NCBI GenBank assembly: GCA_963793865.1
Contig: CAWCBP010000002.1
Location: 32,001-96,000, forward strand
DNA: 64,000 nucleotides
DNA from: an uncultured delta proteobacterium
GTDB lineage: Bacteria > Desulfobacterota > WTBG01
Reading direction: 5' to 3'
A model generated the notes under the pieces. That model searched no databases, was not told the origin of the DNA, and saw nothing but the letters and a program-made list of their open reading frames with translations. This document shows, in pieces, positions 29,536-42,600 of the stretch. Each line of letters starts with the position of its first letter. Position 1 is the stretch's first letter. Both the position numbers and the translations under genes were made by a program.

Positions 29536-29976
29536 TTACTCAATTTTTATTTCGGTGGTTTTTGGCTCTTCTACCTTCGGAGTTGGAATTGTCAGTTCCA
29601 GCACTCCGTCTTTGTAGTTTGCGTGTATGTCTTTCTCAGTTACACCCTCCGGCACACAGAGTGTCCTCTCAAACGTGCCATAGGTTCTTTCAACTCTATG
29701 ATAATTATCTTTCTTCTCCTCGTTCTCGGACTTCCGCTCTCCTCTGAGTGTCAGGTATCCATTGTGCAGTTCAATGTGGATATCCTCTTTCTTCATCCCA
29801 GGTAAGTCTGCCCGCACCATAAACTTCCCATCCTTTTCCTCAATGTCGATTGCGGGTCGCCACATCGTATCGGGCATGTCGGTAAAGAACCCCGTGTCAA
29901 CCCATGTATCAATATCATCAAACCACTTCGTTAAACCCTCAAAAGGGCTTCTTTGTTTCCATAGTGTGATTGCCAT
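29536..29976 (-). CDS. Hsp20/alpha-crystallin small heat-shock protein
   Basis: PAIDIEE...ADLPG...ERTYGTFER...ANYKDGVLELTIP. Confidence 0.95.
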   Translation of the reverse strand: MAITLWKQRSPFEGLTKWFDDIDTWVDTGFFTDMPDTMWRPAIDIEEKDGKFMVRADLPGMKKEDIHIELHNGYLTLRGERKSENEEKKDNYHRVERTYGTFERTLCVPEGVTEKDIHANYKDGVLELTIPTPKVEEPKTTEIKIE

Positions 29977-30129
29977 AGTAAACACCTCCTTATATGACAT
30001 CAGTTTTTCTTAAGTTAACACAAGCATAACCATTAATTGAAGGCAGTCAATGTTTGTGAAGAACGGTTTTTGTGATGCGTCAATAATGCCTTCTTACCAT
30101 TAGTTTTGTTTTATGTGGTATCGGGACAT

Positions 30130-30165
30130 AAAAACCCCTCAAAGGCGAAAGCAATGAGGGGATTT
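30130..30165 (-). terminator. Intrinsic terminator after the candidate ncRNA
   Basis: Minus strand CCCCTCA...TGAGGGG followed by TTTTT. Confidence 0.75.
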
Positions 30166-30171
30166 AAATTT

Positions 30172-30311
30172 GGTCCGCAAATGCCGTTTCGTTCTTTGGC
30201 TTCCAACTCTGATCTCAATCTCTTGCCCTACGAAGAGTTACAGTAACCAAAGGGCATTTTCACTATTGTGTTAGATCCGCCAAATTGACTTGTCAACGAA
30301 CACCGCAGACC
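30172..30311 (-). ncRNA. 6S-RNA-like structured RNA (candidate)
   Basis: Ends pair (GGUCUGCGGUGUUCGUU / AACG..ACGGCAUUUGCGGACC); nested stems UUUGGC/GCCAAA, GAUCU/AGAUC, UGCCCU/AGGGCA around an A-rich bubble; own promoter and terminator. Confidence 0.6.
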
Positions 30312-30330
30312 GTTATGACTAAGTGGTTAA

Positions 30331-30358
30331 AAGATAACCATCATTACAGTTTTGTCAA
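30331..30358 (-). promoter_or_regulatory. sigma70-like promoter of the candidate ncRNA
   Basis: TTGACA-16-TATCTT on the minus strand. Confidence 0.55.
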
Positions 30359-30714
30359 GAGCGTGCCGCAAGTTTCAGAAAGGCTACTCAGGTAAGCAGA
30401 AAGATTCCCACACCCTGGGTTAACCCACTGAGCAGGTACAGCAGCAGCAGGTGGTATTCATTATGAACTTAAGGAGGTAGAATGAGGTTCAGGATGCTGA
30501 GGTAATAGACGGGGATCAGAAGTATCTACCAGAAGGAGAGGGGTAATAAAGGCAGGAGCTGTTTGACCCCTACCTTTCATTTTGCCCTTTCAAATGTGCT
30601 ATTGTCCGCCCCGGACGGTAAGATGCACAAGTAATTGAAAATCTTGCTGTGGTACTAAAAGTGTGGTAACGTTCAGATTATACACATAAAACAATCTTTA
30701 ATAAAGGAGTGAAA

Positions 30715-30918
30715 ATGTTTGGCGGTGGAATCGGCATGATGGAACTAGCTGTAATACTAGTCATTGCTTTACTCATTTTTGGGCCAAGTAAGCTTCCAGA
30801 AATTGCTAAAGGGTTGGGAAAGGGAATAAGAAGTTTTAGAAATGCTGCCAGCGGACTTGATGAGGTTGATGTAACTCCAAAGGAAAATAAACAGGAGTTG
30901 GGAGATGTAAAAAAGTAG
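30715..30918 (+). CDS. tatA: Twin-arginine translocase TatA/E subunit
   Basis: GMMELAVILVIALLIFGPSKLPEIAKGLGKGIRSFR. Confidence 0.93.
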   Translation: MFGGGIGMMELAVILVIALLIFGPSKLPEIAKGLGKGIRSFRNAASGLDEVDVTPKENKQELGDVKK

Positions 30919-31031
30919 CTCAATGATGGCATAGCAGCATACTCACTTACATCAAATCACCCATAATCTTACCAATAAAAAAACAGCCCCCCAGCCATTA
31001 CAGCTAAAGGGCTAGAGGAAAAATCCCTCCT

Positions 31032-31229
31032 CTATTGATAACCTTGCTTCTTCAGAGCATACCTTACACTCTCCTCTTCCCACCGAGGATACCCACACCC
31101 TATACATTCCCACCATTCAGTAACTATTATGTCGGGCATGTCTAAACCCATATTGGGGCTAATGGGTTTGTGATCGGTCTGAGCGTTACATTTGTTACAA
31201 TACAACTTCTTGTTTTCCTGCTGTGACAT
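31032..31229 (-). CDS. Small zinc-ribbon protein
   Basis: CNKC...CIGC; GGAGG RBS; flanked by imperfect direct repeats 30931-31014 and 31263-31356. Confidence 0.6.
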   Translation of the reverse strand: MSQQENKKLYCNKCNAQTDHKPISPNMGLDMPDIIVTEWWECIGCGYPRWEEESVRYALKKQGYQ

Positions 31230-31388
31230 ATCTGCCCTCCATATCGTTCAATGCCCCTTCCTATAGCAGCATTACCGACACCTCCCTTTATATCAAATTG
31301 CCCACAATCTTACCAATAAAAAGTAGCCCCCCAGCCTAATAATGGCCAAGGGGCTATTTTGCAATGGGTCTACTTTACTGATGGTTTT

Positions 31389-31464
<76 letters not shown>

Positions 31465-31570
31465 GTTCTGTCATGTTTCTCGTGCTCCGGTCGTTCAGGA
31501 ACACACGAGATTTTGTAAGTGGCTTATATAGCCTCTTTACACTTTTTTGTCAACCCTTCATTTACTGCTA

Positions 31571-31930
31571 GGGGACAGGGGTGAGGGTGCAGGGGACAGG
31601 GTCAAAAGAGAAGTTTACAGTTTGCGGTTGACAGTTGACGGTTACCAGGTGCCATCTTTCTTCGTGATCTTTATGTTTCTCTCTTCGTTCCCTTCGTGGT
31701 TCAAAGTGAGGGTGCAGGGGTCAGGGTTCAGGGTCAAAGAGAGGGTCCATAGCAGTCAGTCCATAGTCCACAGCTGAAACAGGTTCGTGGGTGCAAATTG
31801 GAGTAATGGAGTATCGGAGTATGGCGTAATGGTTACTGAAGGCTGCATGTGGAGGGACGTGCTTCGTCGCGTCCGATTGTGATTCACACGCGAGACGTTC
31901 GCGGCTGAAAGCCGCTCCTACCGGGTTTGG
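31571..31930. repeat. Cluster of heptamer tandem repeats and REP-like palindromes
   Basis: GGGGACA/GGGTTCA, AGTCCAT and GGAGTAAT units; inverted CACGAAG module; GTGG- and GTAG-type palindromes. Confidence 0.6.
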
Positions 31931-31970
31931 AATATTTGTGCTTTGAATTTTGAATTTGTTTGTTTGGGAT

Positions 31971-34900
31971 TTAGGATTTTGGATTTAGAGTTTGTTTCTC
32001 CACCAGCGTTCTTCTGCGTGACAGCGTTTCCACCACGGTGAAGGTCACCGGTATAAGGAAGATGGCGATGCCGCTGGCCGCGAGCATCCCCCCGATCACG
32101 GTGATGCCCATGATCTGGCGCGTCAATGCGCCCGCCCCGCTGGCGATGGCAAGGGGGAGGCAGCCGAATATGAAGGCGAAGCTGGTCATCAATATGGGCC
32201 GGAGGCGAAGCCGCGCTCCCGCAAGTGCCGCATCCACGAGGGACATGCCCTGCCGGTAGCGGTTCTTGGCGAACTCAACAATAAGGATGGAGTTCTTTGC
32301 CGACAGCCCGATGAGCATGATCAACCCGATCTGGGCGTAGATATTATTTTCATGGCGTCCGATCCACAGCGCGGCAAAGGCGCCGAATACCGCAACCGGG
32401 GTGCAGAGCAGCACGCTCAGGGGCAGCGACCAGCTCTCGTACTGCGCCGCCAGGATCAAAAAGGCAAAAAGAAGCGAGAGGCCGAACACCGCCGCCGCGG
32501 GCACTCCCTGCTGCGCCTTGTATTCCTGAAAGGACATGCCGAAATAGTCAAACCCCATCTCCGGCGGCATGGTCCGGTCGAACACCTCCTCGAGCGCCTT
32601 CATCACCTGGGCGGAGCTGTATCCCGCTGTCGCCGAAACATTGATTTGCGCGCAGCGGTAGAGATTGTAGCGCATGGTGAACTCGGGACCGATGGTATGC
32701 CGCATGGTCACCAGGGATGAAAGCGGCACCGCGTCCCCCCGGTCGTTGCGCACGTAAAACTGCCCGGCGTTCTCAGCGCTCGACCGGTAGTCGCCTTCGG
32801 CGGCGACGTAGACCTGCCACTGCCGGCCAAAGCGGTTAAAGTAGTTGACCATCATGCCGCCCATGAACGCCTGCAGCGTGTTATACACCTGGCGGACGCT
32901 GATGCCCTGCCTGAATGCCTTGTCCCGGTCCACGTCGGCAAACACCTGCGGCACATCGGCCAGCAGCGTGGTGCTGATCATGCCGATTTCCGGCCGCTTG
33001 CGCGCGGCCTCCATGAACGTCCGGGTGTTGTCGGCAAGAAACCGGACGTCCCTTCCCGCCCGGTCTTCAAGCATGAAGGTGACGCCGCCCGCGGTCCCCA
33101 CGCCGGGAATGGCCGGCGGCGTAAAGGCAAAGGCGCGCGCCTGGGGGAGCTTTGCCAGTTCGCTGTTCACATGGGCCATAATGGCCTCCAGCTTTTCCTC
33201 GGGCCGCTCCCGCCTGCCCCAGTCCTCAAGGGAGACAAAGTAAAAGCCGGAATTGGTGAGGTTCACATAACTGAGCAGGCTGAAGCCCGCGGTGTTGGTG
33301 AAGTATTTTATGCCCGGCGTGCTTCTCAGGATTTCATCCACCTGGCGGCAGACGGTGTAGGTGCGCTGCAGTGAGGCGGCTTCAGGAAGGCTGACCAGCA
33401 CGTAGAAAAAGCCCTGGTCCTCTTCCGGCAGAAAACCGCCGGGCAGCCTCCGGTTGAGCAGCACCACCGAGCCGGCGATAAGGGCCAGGAAGAGAAAGCT
33501 CAAGCCGGCCTTGCGGATGAGCATCCGGCACACGGTGGTGTATCCGTCAACCGCCCTGCCGAAGAGGCGGTTAAAGCGGAGGAAGAACCAGCCCATCGGT
33601 CCGGTGGTTATTTCCTGGTGCGGCTTGAGCAGCATGGCCGAGAGCGCCGGGCTCAGGGTCAGGGCGTTAAACGCCGAGATGAGGACGGATATGGCGGTGG
33701 TCACGGCAAACTGCTGGTAGAGCCGGCCGGTGATGCCGGGGATGAAGACAGTGGGGATGAACACCGCGGCAAGGATGAGGGCGATGGCGATGACCGGGCT
33801 TGAGACTTCATCCATGGCCTTGATGGTCGCCTCCCGTGGGCGAAAGGCCTTCCTCGATGTGGTGCTGCACCGCCTCCACCACCACGATGGCGTCATCGAC
33901 GACCAGCCCGATGGCCAGCACCAGCCCGAAGAGGGACAGGGTGTTGATGGAGAACCCCAGCAGGGGAAAAAAGGCAAAGGTGCCGATGAGCGAGACCGGC
34001 ACGGCCAGCATGGGAATGAGCGTGGCGCGCCAGTTTTGCAGGAAGATAAACACCACCACCATCACCAGGATCAGGGCGATATACAGGGTCTTGATGATGT
34101 CATTGATCCCCTCGGTAATGGAGGTGGTGGTGTCAAGGCTGTTCACATAATCCAGGTCGGCGGGGAATTTCTTCCGCTCCTCGGCCATCAGCTCTTTCAC
34201 CAGCTTCGCCGCCTTGATGGCGTCGGAGCCCGGCAGCTGGTAGAGGGCGATGCCCGCGGCCGGCTTGCCGTTCATGCGGCACATGATGTTGTAGACCTGA
34301 GCGCCCAGCTCCGGCCGTGACACGTCCTTCATGCGCACGATGGAGCCGTCGGCGTTGGCGCGGATGACGATGTCGCCGAACTCCTCCTCGGTTATGAGAC
34401 GGCCCTGGGCGCGCACGGCATAGGTAAACTCCTGTCCCTCGGGGCGCGGGTTCGCCGCCGACCTGCCCCGCGGGATTGACCATGTTCTGCTGCTGGAGGG
34501 CGTCCAGGATTTCAGCAACGGTGATGTTCAGCTTTGCCAGGGTGTCGGGCTTGACCCACAGGCGCATGGCATACTGGCCGGCCCCGAATATCCGAATCTG
34601 GCTGATGCCGGGCACGCGCAGCAGCTTGTCGTTGAGATTGATGTAGGCATAGTTGGCGAGAAAGGTGGCGTCATGGGTGTTGTTGGGGGAATAGAGCGCG
34701 AACAGCAGCAGGGGTGCGGTGGGAGACTTTGGCCACGGTAAACCCGAAGCTCCTCACATCCTCGGGCAGCTGGGAGTCGGCCTGCGACAGCCGCATCTGG
34801 GCAAGAATCTGGTCGATGTTGGGGTCGGTATTGACATCAAAATTGACGCGCAGGGACATCCTGCCGTCATTGGAATTGATGGAATACATGTAGTTCATGT

Positions 34901-35120
34901 TGTCGACGCCGCTCATCTGCTGCTCAACCGGGGTGGCCACGGACTGCTCGACGGCCAGCGCGTCGGCGCCGACAAAGGTGGTCTGAAGCTGAATTTCAGG
35001 GGGGACGATCTTGGGAAACTTGGCCACCGGCAGCATGAGCATGGAGATGGCCCCCACCATCACCATGATGATGGAAATGACCATGGCCACAATCGGCCGG
35101 TTGATGAAGAAGCGGGCCAT
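31971..35120 (-). pseudogene. RND efflux permease (AcrB/HAE1 family), broken by about 3 frameshifts
   Basis: MARFFINRPIVA start; GAGQYAMRLW; GLVVDDAIVVVE; RLRPILMTSFAF, spread over four ORFs. Confidence 0.9.
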
Positions 35121-35125
35121 GGCAT

Positions 35126-36325
35126 TTACCTTCCCTGCGCGCGGCCGGCCGCGGCTGAAGACTGAACCGGCATCAGTACCGCATTATCCTTGGTTGGCGT
35201 GAAGGGCACGGGATGCACCTTCATGCCCTCCTTCACCTTCTGGACCCCCTCGGCAACCACCCGCTCACCCGCGGCCAGGCCTTCATCGATCACCCAGAGC
35301 CGGCCCCAGCGCTCTCCCGCCTTTACCGGCCGGATGCGCACGGTGTCATCGCCATCCACGACCGCGACCTGGTAGCCGCCCTGGAGTTCGGTCACCGCCC
35401 GCTGGGGAACAAGCAGGGCGTCCTTTTTCACCCTGAGCGCCGCTCGCACCCGCGCAAACTGGCCCGGCCTGAGCATGTTGCCCGGGTTGGGGAAATAAGT
35501 CGCCACCGTAATGGTTCCGGTCTTGACGCTGACCTGGCGGTCCGCAAAGGCAAATCTGCCCTTGTGGGGGTAGAGGCTTCCGTCAGCAAGCAAGAGATCG
35601 AGGGATATGTCCTGGTTGCGGCCGGTGAGCTGCTCCATGAACTGCAGGTATTCCTGCTCGCTCGCCGCGATGTAGACTTTAATGGGATCAACCGTTGAGA
35701 CGGTTGTCAGCTCGGCCCCCTGCTGGGTGCCGACGAGATCGCCGATCTGGGCCCTGGCGATGCCCGCGATCCCGTCGATGGGGGAGATGATTTTTGTGAA
35801 GCCAAGATCAACCCGGGCCTTTTCAACGGCCGCCCGGGCCGCCTGCACATCGGCCTGCGCCGACCCCTCCGCCGCAACGGCAGCGTCGAGTTCTTTCTTG
35901 CTTAAGGCGTTGACCCCGGCGAGGGGGGCAATACGGGCAAGATCGGCTTTCGCGTTTATCCAGCGCGCCTCATGCCGCGCCAGCACGCCCTCCGCCTCTT
36001 CCAGTATTGCCGCGAAGGGACGCGGGTCTATTTCAAACAGCACCGCACCCTTTTTAACAAACGCGCCCTCACGATAATTCTGCTTTACCAGGTAGCCGGT
36101 GACCTGCGCGCGAATGGTGGCATTCACCAGCCCGTCGGTCGTGGCCACCCACTCCGAGCAGACCGGCACATCTTCTGTAATGACCTCGGCTGTTTGGACA
36201 GAAGGTGCCGGGGGCGGGGCCTTTTCCTGGCGCGAGCACCCGGCACCCGGGGCAATCGCACAGATCAGGAGCAGGATCGCCGGCGCAATTTTTCGCATGC
36301 CGGAGGTTCCCGGTTCTATCATCAT
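35126..36325 (-). CDS. RND periplasmic adaptor (MFP)
   Basis: IRAQVTGYL..EGAFVKKG..LFEIDPRPF; FPNPGNMLRPGQF; LVPQRAV. Confidence 0.93.
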   Translation of the reverse strand: MMIEPGTSGMRKIAPAILLLICAIAPGAGCSRQEKAPPPAPSVQTAEVITEDVPVCSEWVATTDGLVNATIRAQVTGYLVKQNYREGAFVKKGAVLFEIDPRPFAAILEEAEGVLARHEARWINAKADLARIAPLAGVNALSKKELDAAVAAEGSAQADVQAARAAVEKARVDLGFTKIISPIDGIAGIARAQIGDLVGTQQGAELTTVSTVDPIKVYIAASEQEYLQFMEQLTGRNQDISLDLLLADGSLYPHKGRFAFADRQVSVKTGTITVATYFPNPGNMLRPGQFARVRAALRVKKDALLVPQRAVTELQGGYQVAVVDGDDTVRIRPVKAGERWGRLWVIDEGLAAGERVVAEGVQKVKEGMKVHPVPFTPTKDNAVLMPVQSSAAAGRAQGR

Positions 36326-36628
36326 TAACCATCCCTTCTTTGTTAGTGCACTTCAGGCATCAAGCACGTTTCATTGCCGTTCCGCTGCTGACAATAACGG
36401 CCGCGGCCTTCTGAGTAGCATACAGGTCCGGCACGCTCCCCGGCTCAGATTCAAAATAAAAAGCCTCCATCCGGGGTGAGGGAAAGCTTTTGGAAAGGCC
36501 GGCGAAGCGGATCTTTTTCTTTGCATATGGTTGCCCATCTGTGGGTAGAACATTACCCCGATTGCGGCAGGGATACTACTTCATATATCATTATCGCGGC
36601 TTTGTAAAAGCTTTATGCGATCGGCAGG

Positions 36629-39600
36629 TCAATGCTGCAAGGCTTTCCGGCATGATGCTGCGGGTATGCTCACCTCGACCGTGTGTTCCTGATGGTCGTC
36701 AACCAGGGTAATGGCCTTGTCGTGCTGCTCAACCCCGTCGACAGTCACCCTCATCCCGTCATTACCGTTATGCGTGACCAGGACGGCGATGTGGTAGACC
36801 GTTTCACAATACCGGTAGTGCACCGTGAACATTTCCCAGTCCTCAGGGAGGCATGGAGCAAAACGCAGTTTGTCCTTTACCAGCCTGAGCCCCAGGAGGG
36901 ACTCCACGATAAGCCGGTACATCCAGCCGGCCGAGCCCGTGTACCATGTCCATCCGCCGCGGCCGGCATGCGGCGGGAGCGCGTACACGTCGGCCGCGAC
37001 AACGTACGGTTCAACTTTGTAGGTCGCAATCCCCTCCGGAGATTTCGCATGGTTCACCGGGTTGATCATGGACAATAGTTCCCACGCGCGCCTGCTGTCG
37101 CCTGACGCAGCGAACGCCATTACCGACCAGATTGCCCCATGGGTGTATTGCCCGCCATTCTCCCTGACCCCGGGGACGTAGCCTTTTATATAGCCGGGAT
37201 TCAAATCCGATGTATCAAACGGCGGTTCCAGAAGCCGGATCAGCGCATGCTCCCGGCTCACCAGCCGCTTATCCACCGCTTCCATTGCCATGCGCGAACG
37301 CCCGGCATCCCCCGCCCCGGACAGAACGGACCAGCTTTGCGCAATCGAATCAATCCGGCATTCCGGATTACCTGCCGACCCGAGCGGAGAGCCGTCGTCG
37401 AAGTAGGCACGGCGGTACCAGTCACCGTCCCAGCCATGCTGCTCGATGTTCCCGCGCAGTTGAGCCGCCTCCCGGTGGCACCGTTCGGCGAACGGGACGT
37501 CTCCCCGCAATCGCGCAACCTCGGCAAAGCGCATGAGTACGTCATAAAGAAAAAACCCCAGCCAGACGCTTTCACCGGTGCCGTGTTCACCCACAAGGTT
37601 CATGCCGTCATTCCAGTCGCCGGAGCCAATGAGCGGAAGGCCGTGCGCACCGTACCTGAGACCTCTCAGAATGGCCCGCACACAGTGCTGGTACAGGCTG
37701 GCCCCTTCTTCAGACCTGCCGGGCAGATCGTAGTACGAGTCCTCCTCCTCATTTACCGGGCGTCCCTCAAGGAAGTGCAGCGTCTCATCCAGCACGCCCG
37801 CATCCCCCGTGCTCAGAACATAGCGGCATGCGGCCAACGGCAGCCAGAGGTAATCATCCGAGCAGTGCGTGCGCACACCCCGGCCCGAAGGGGGATGCCA
37901 CCAATGCTGCACATCTCCCTCCCGGAACTGGTGAGCCGCGCAGCGAAGCAGGTGCCCGCGCACAAGGTCCGGCTGGGCGTATACCAGCGCCATAACGTCC
38001 TGCAGCTGATCGCGAAAACCGAAGGCGCCTCCGGACTGGTAATATCCGCTTCTCGCCCACAGACGGCAGGCGATGGTCTGGTACAAAAGCCAGCCGTTGG
38101 CCAGCGCATTGATGGACTGGTCCGGTGTTTCCACCTGCACTGCGCCGAGGGTGTGGTTCCAGTACTGCCACACCGCTTCAAGCGTGCTGCGCGCCGCACC
38201 CGGGGAAAGGAAGCGCTGTACCAGGCTTCCGGCGTCCCCTGCGCCACGCCCCACGCCGAGCGTGAATACGACCTCGCGCTCCTGCCCGGGGGCGAGCTCG
38301 AATGCAACCTGGACGGCCGAGCAGGGATCCAGGGCAGCCCCTATCCTGCCCGAGAGTCGTGATCGAGTCATGGCGGCCGGATTCCGAAGCGAACCGTTGC
38401 GTCCAAGGAATTCGGTCCGGTTGCCGCTCACCGTCCGCGTTGCATCGTCCGCGTCGAAAAAGGCAACCCGGTCGGCGAACCCGGTATTGTATGAATTCCG
38501 CGCAAAGAGCGCCCCGCTCACCGGGTCAAATTCGGTGACCACGTGCATCGCCGACTTTGACCGCAGATCACCGAGCACCCATTCCACGTATCCCGTGGCC
38601 GAAAGCCGGCGTGGCCGACCGGAATTGTTCCGCAGCTTTAATACCGTGAACTTGATCGATGCATCCGGTGCAACATACGTCCACAGTTCAGAGCGGATGC
38701 CGTCCTCCGTGTGCTCGAAGACGCTGTAGCCAAACCCATGCCGGCTGACATAGGGCTGCAGGCTGCGGACAGGCAGCGGCGTGGGGGACCAGAAATGGCC
38801 GCTTTCTTCGTCGCGCAGATAAAAGGCCTCTCCGCTTGCATCGCTCACCGGGTCATTGTACCAGGGAGTGAGGCGGAACTCATGGGCATTCTCGGCCCAG
38901 GTATAGGCGCAGCCGCTCTCCGAGATGACCGTCCCGAAGTTCGGGTTTGACAGCACATTGGCCCACGGCGCCGGTGTTTCGTTCCCGGGTGCAGTGGTAA
39001 TGACGTACTCGCGGCCATCCGGCGTGAATCCGCCCAGTCCGTTGAAGAAAATCAGATCGCGGTCAGGTACCGTGTGGGCGGCCGGGGATTCAGCGCGATG
39101 GGAGCGGGTGGTGGTCAGGCGCGGGACGGTTGCTTCCACAGGCGCGCTGCGATTAACCTGGTCCACCAGAGACCCCCGGCTGTCGGTAATGATGGCCCGG
39201 GCGACTGACTGGAGCAGCATTCTATCCTCATTCGATATCTGATCACCGGGCCTCACAAAGATGCCGCCCGCTTTATCGGTGAAGTTGGCCTGGACACCTG
39301 CGGAAATAAGCCCCATGATCTGATCGTGCAGCATTTGCCGGTAGCCGGCGTGATCCTCGTTCCAGATCACCAAATCCACCGCCAGTCCTCTCAGACGCCA
39401 GTAGGCATGGGCCTGCACGAGCTGCCGTACCAGCGCCATATGAGCCGGGTCCGAGATCTGCAGCAGTACAATCGGCAAATCGCCGGAAATGGAGTAGCCC
39501 CAGAGACCTGATTGACCGCGGCGATTCCTGGTGATGAGGCCCGGGTCTGCGCGCATCGAGGAATGGGCATAGAGCACCGGGCCGGCCAGATGCCCGTAGA

Positions 39601-42600
39601 GTTGCGCGTCAGCTTCCGTGGCATTGATCTGCCGCAATGCCACCTGACTGTGTGTCCAGGCCAGATCGAAGACGCGATCCGCAAGGCGGCGATCCTGATA
39701 TTTCTCGACAAGGGTCATGGCCGCGTCACGGGTGGTGCCGATGCCGGAGACAATATTGACCGTTGCCGACCCGTTCGGATCGAGTTTAATACGGTGCCGG
39801 ATCGCAACAATCGGGTCCAGCACAGAGCCCTGGCTGCCCGAGAGCGCGGCGGGGTCACTCATTGCACGGGGATTGTCGAGCGCATTCCCGCGCCCGATGA
39901 ATTTCAGCCGGTCGGTCTCATAGGAACTGTCCACCGTATCCGTCCCGTGCACCGCCATAAGGTGAAACATCCATGGGGTCAGCTCATCGAGAGAGCGGGG
40001 CCGGCGCGTGCACAGGATCGCCCGCCGTTGGCGAATGATCTCGGTCTGGACAAAGAGATTGCTGAATGCCGGATGCAGTGCGTCCGCGGCGGGTGCTGCA
40101 AGCACCACTTCCGCGTAACTGGTCACGTCAATAGTCCGGGCTGCACGTGACCGGTTGGTGATGTGAATGCGACGCAGTTCGATGTCGTCCTCGGGTGAAA
40201 CGGCGATCTCGGTGTGCATGTCGAAGCCGTTTTTGCGGCAGCGGAACTCAGCGCGCGACTCCGAGAATATTACTTCATAGGTCTCCGACAGTTTGCGTGC
40301 CGGCTGATAGGTGGTTGACCAGAACTCACCGCTCACCGGGTCGCTGATGTAGCAGAAGGTGCCCCGGTTGTCGCAGGTGATGTCTTCGTGCCAGCGCGTG
40401 ACGGCCATGTCATTCCAGCGGCTGTAACCGCCGCCCGCATTGGTAATCATCACGTGGTATCTGCCGTTTGATAATAACTGTACTTCCGGTATCGGGGTGT
40501 GCGGACTGCTGAGGACACGCACCGGTGTCTCCGGGACACCCGAAGCCGCACGTAAGCCTGAAAGCTCGGCGGCGGTGTGAGCATATAATGCTGCGGCCTT
40601 TGGAATGCGCTCCTGCAGCAACAGCGCGGTTGCCTGAAACGAGGGGTCCGATTCGAAGCGTTTCTGCATCGGGCGGTCCAAAAGCAGGGAGGCCAGAGCG
40701 AGGAAGCTCATGCCCTGGTGATGCACCATGAATGACCGGACCACGGCACGTGATTGCCCGCGCGGAAGACGCGACGGCGTGTAGTCTATCGCTTCATAAA
40801 AGCCGTAGTTTCCCTCAAACCCGTCTCCGGCAAGCCGCTGCAGATTAAGACATGCCTCCTCGGGAGACACCATCAGCGCCAGCGCGGATGCATACGGCGC
40901 CACCACCAGATCCTCTGCCAGGCCGCGCCTGAGCCCCAGCCCGGGCACGCCAAACGCGCGGTACTGGTAGTTGAGCTGAGCGTCGATGGTGTTGTAGCCG
41001 GATTCCGAAATGCCCCAGGGCACGCCGCGCTTTTTTCCATAATCAATCTGCCGCTCCACCGCCTCCTTGCAGGTCTGGTCGAGCAGCGTGTTTTCATAGG
41101 ACGGCATCACCAGGAGCGGCATGAGGTACTCGAACATCGAACCGCTCCAGGAGAGGAGAATTTGCCCTCCGCCGGCACCGGTCAGCAGTCGCCCCAGGGC
41201 AAACCAGCTCTCCTGCGGGAGCCGCCCCTGGGCAACTCCCACGAAGCAGCACAATCGTGCCTCCGAAGCCAGCAGGTCATAGTAACCTGAATCCGGCCGC
41301 CGCTCGCCGACGTTGTAACCGATGGACAGAAGATGACGCGCCCGGTCGTACAGGAACTCGTACTCAATCCGGGCGAGTTCCCCTGCCTGCTGTGCAAGCT
41401 GTTCGATGGCCGCTATCCGTGATGCGGCGCGGCGGCTCCCGGTAACAATGAACTGCCGGAACTGGTCAAACCGCTCCCGCGCCGCCGGTGTCGTATCCGA
41501 ATCATGCCGGTTCTCAATCGCCGGCAGGAGTTCCTGCTCAAGCCCGGCCAGACCGCGCAGTGTGGGAATGGTGTCGAAGCCGTACGATTCGCTGAGCAGA
41601 TCTTGGGAAAGCGGCAGCACCGTCCACGGAGCGAGAAACCTCAGTTCATCGAGGGCGGCCTGGCACTGACGGGCAAGGGCATGTGCCCACCGGGCCGCTT
41701 GACTCTCCGGGCCGGCGTCGATCCTGGCGGAAACGTCGGCGGCTGATGCCGTCAGCCGGCCAAGGCAGAGCCGCATCGCCGTGAGCGTGACCGGCCGGGA
41801 TTCGCAGGCAGACTCCAGGTCCTTTTGCAGTTGAGCGAGTTGCGCCGATGCGGTCCCTCCCGCAGCGTCCAGAAGAATCATCAGCGTATCGCGCAACCCC
41901 TCAAACAGGCGTTCCCCCAGAATGGTGTGATCGGGAAGCGCACACAGACCGGGCCGCAAGGTCAGCAGATGACCGGCGAGGTTTCCGCTGTCCACTGTCG
42001 AAACATAGAGAGGCGGCAGCGGTTGCAAAGACAGCGTGTCGTACCAGTTGTAGAAATGGCCCCGATGCCGTTCCAACCCTTCCATCGTCCGGAGTGTGCC
42101 GGCCGTGCGCTCGATCAGTTCCCCTGCCACAATGTAGCCGAAGTCATAGGCAGACAGGTTCGACAGCAGCGCGAGACCCATGTTGGTCGGAGAGGTGCGA
42201 TGCCCGACAACGGGAGCGGGATGCTCCTGATAGTTATCAGGCGGCAGCCAATGGTCTTCCGGACCGACAAAGGTCTCAAAGAACGCCCACGTCTTTCGCG
42301 ACAGCTTCCGGAGAAAGATGATCTGATCAGGCGTAAGCTGTGCCCTGCGGCGCGTGAGAGACCGGCTGAACCACCAGGCCAAGGCGGGGGAGGCAAACCA
42401 GAGAATAAGTACGGGCCCTGCCATACCCAGTGCGGCCGGTTTTGAGAGGGCAAGATAGAATCCCGAGATTAAGGCCGTGACCGGGGCGACCCACATGGTC
42501 TGACAGAAGGCGGCAAGAATTGTGCGGCCGGTGCGGTCCGGGTCGCCTGAGGGACTCCACTCCAGCAGCCGTTTGTGCGTGACCGTCATTCGCCATGCCG

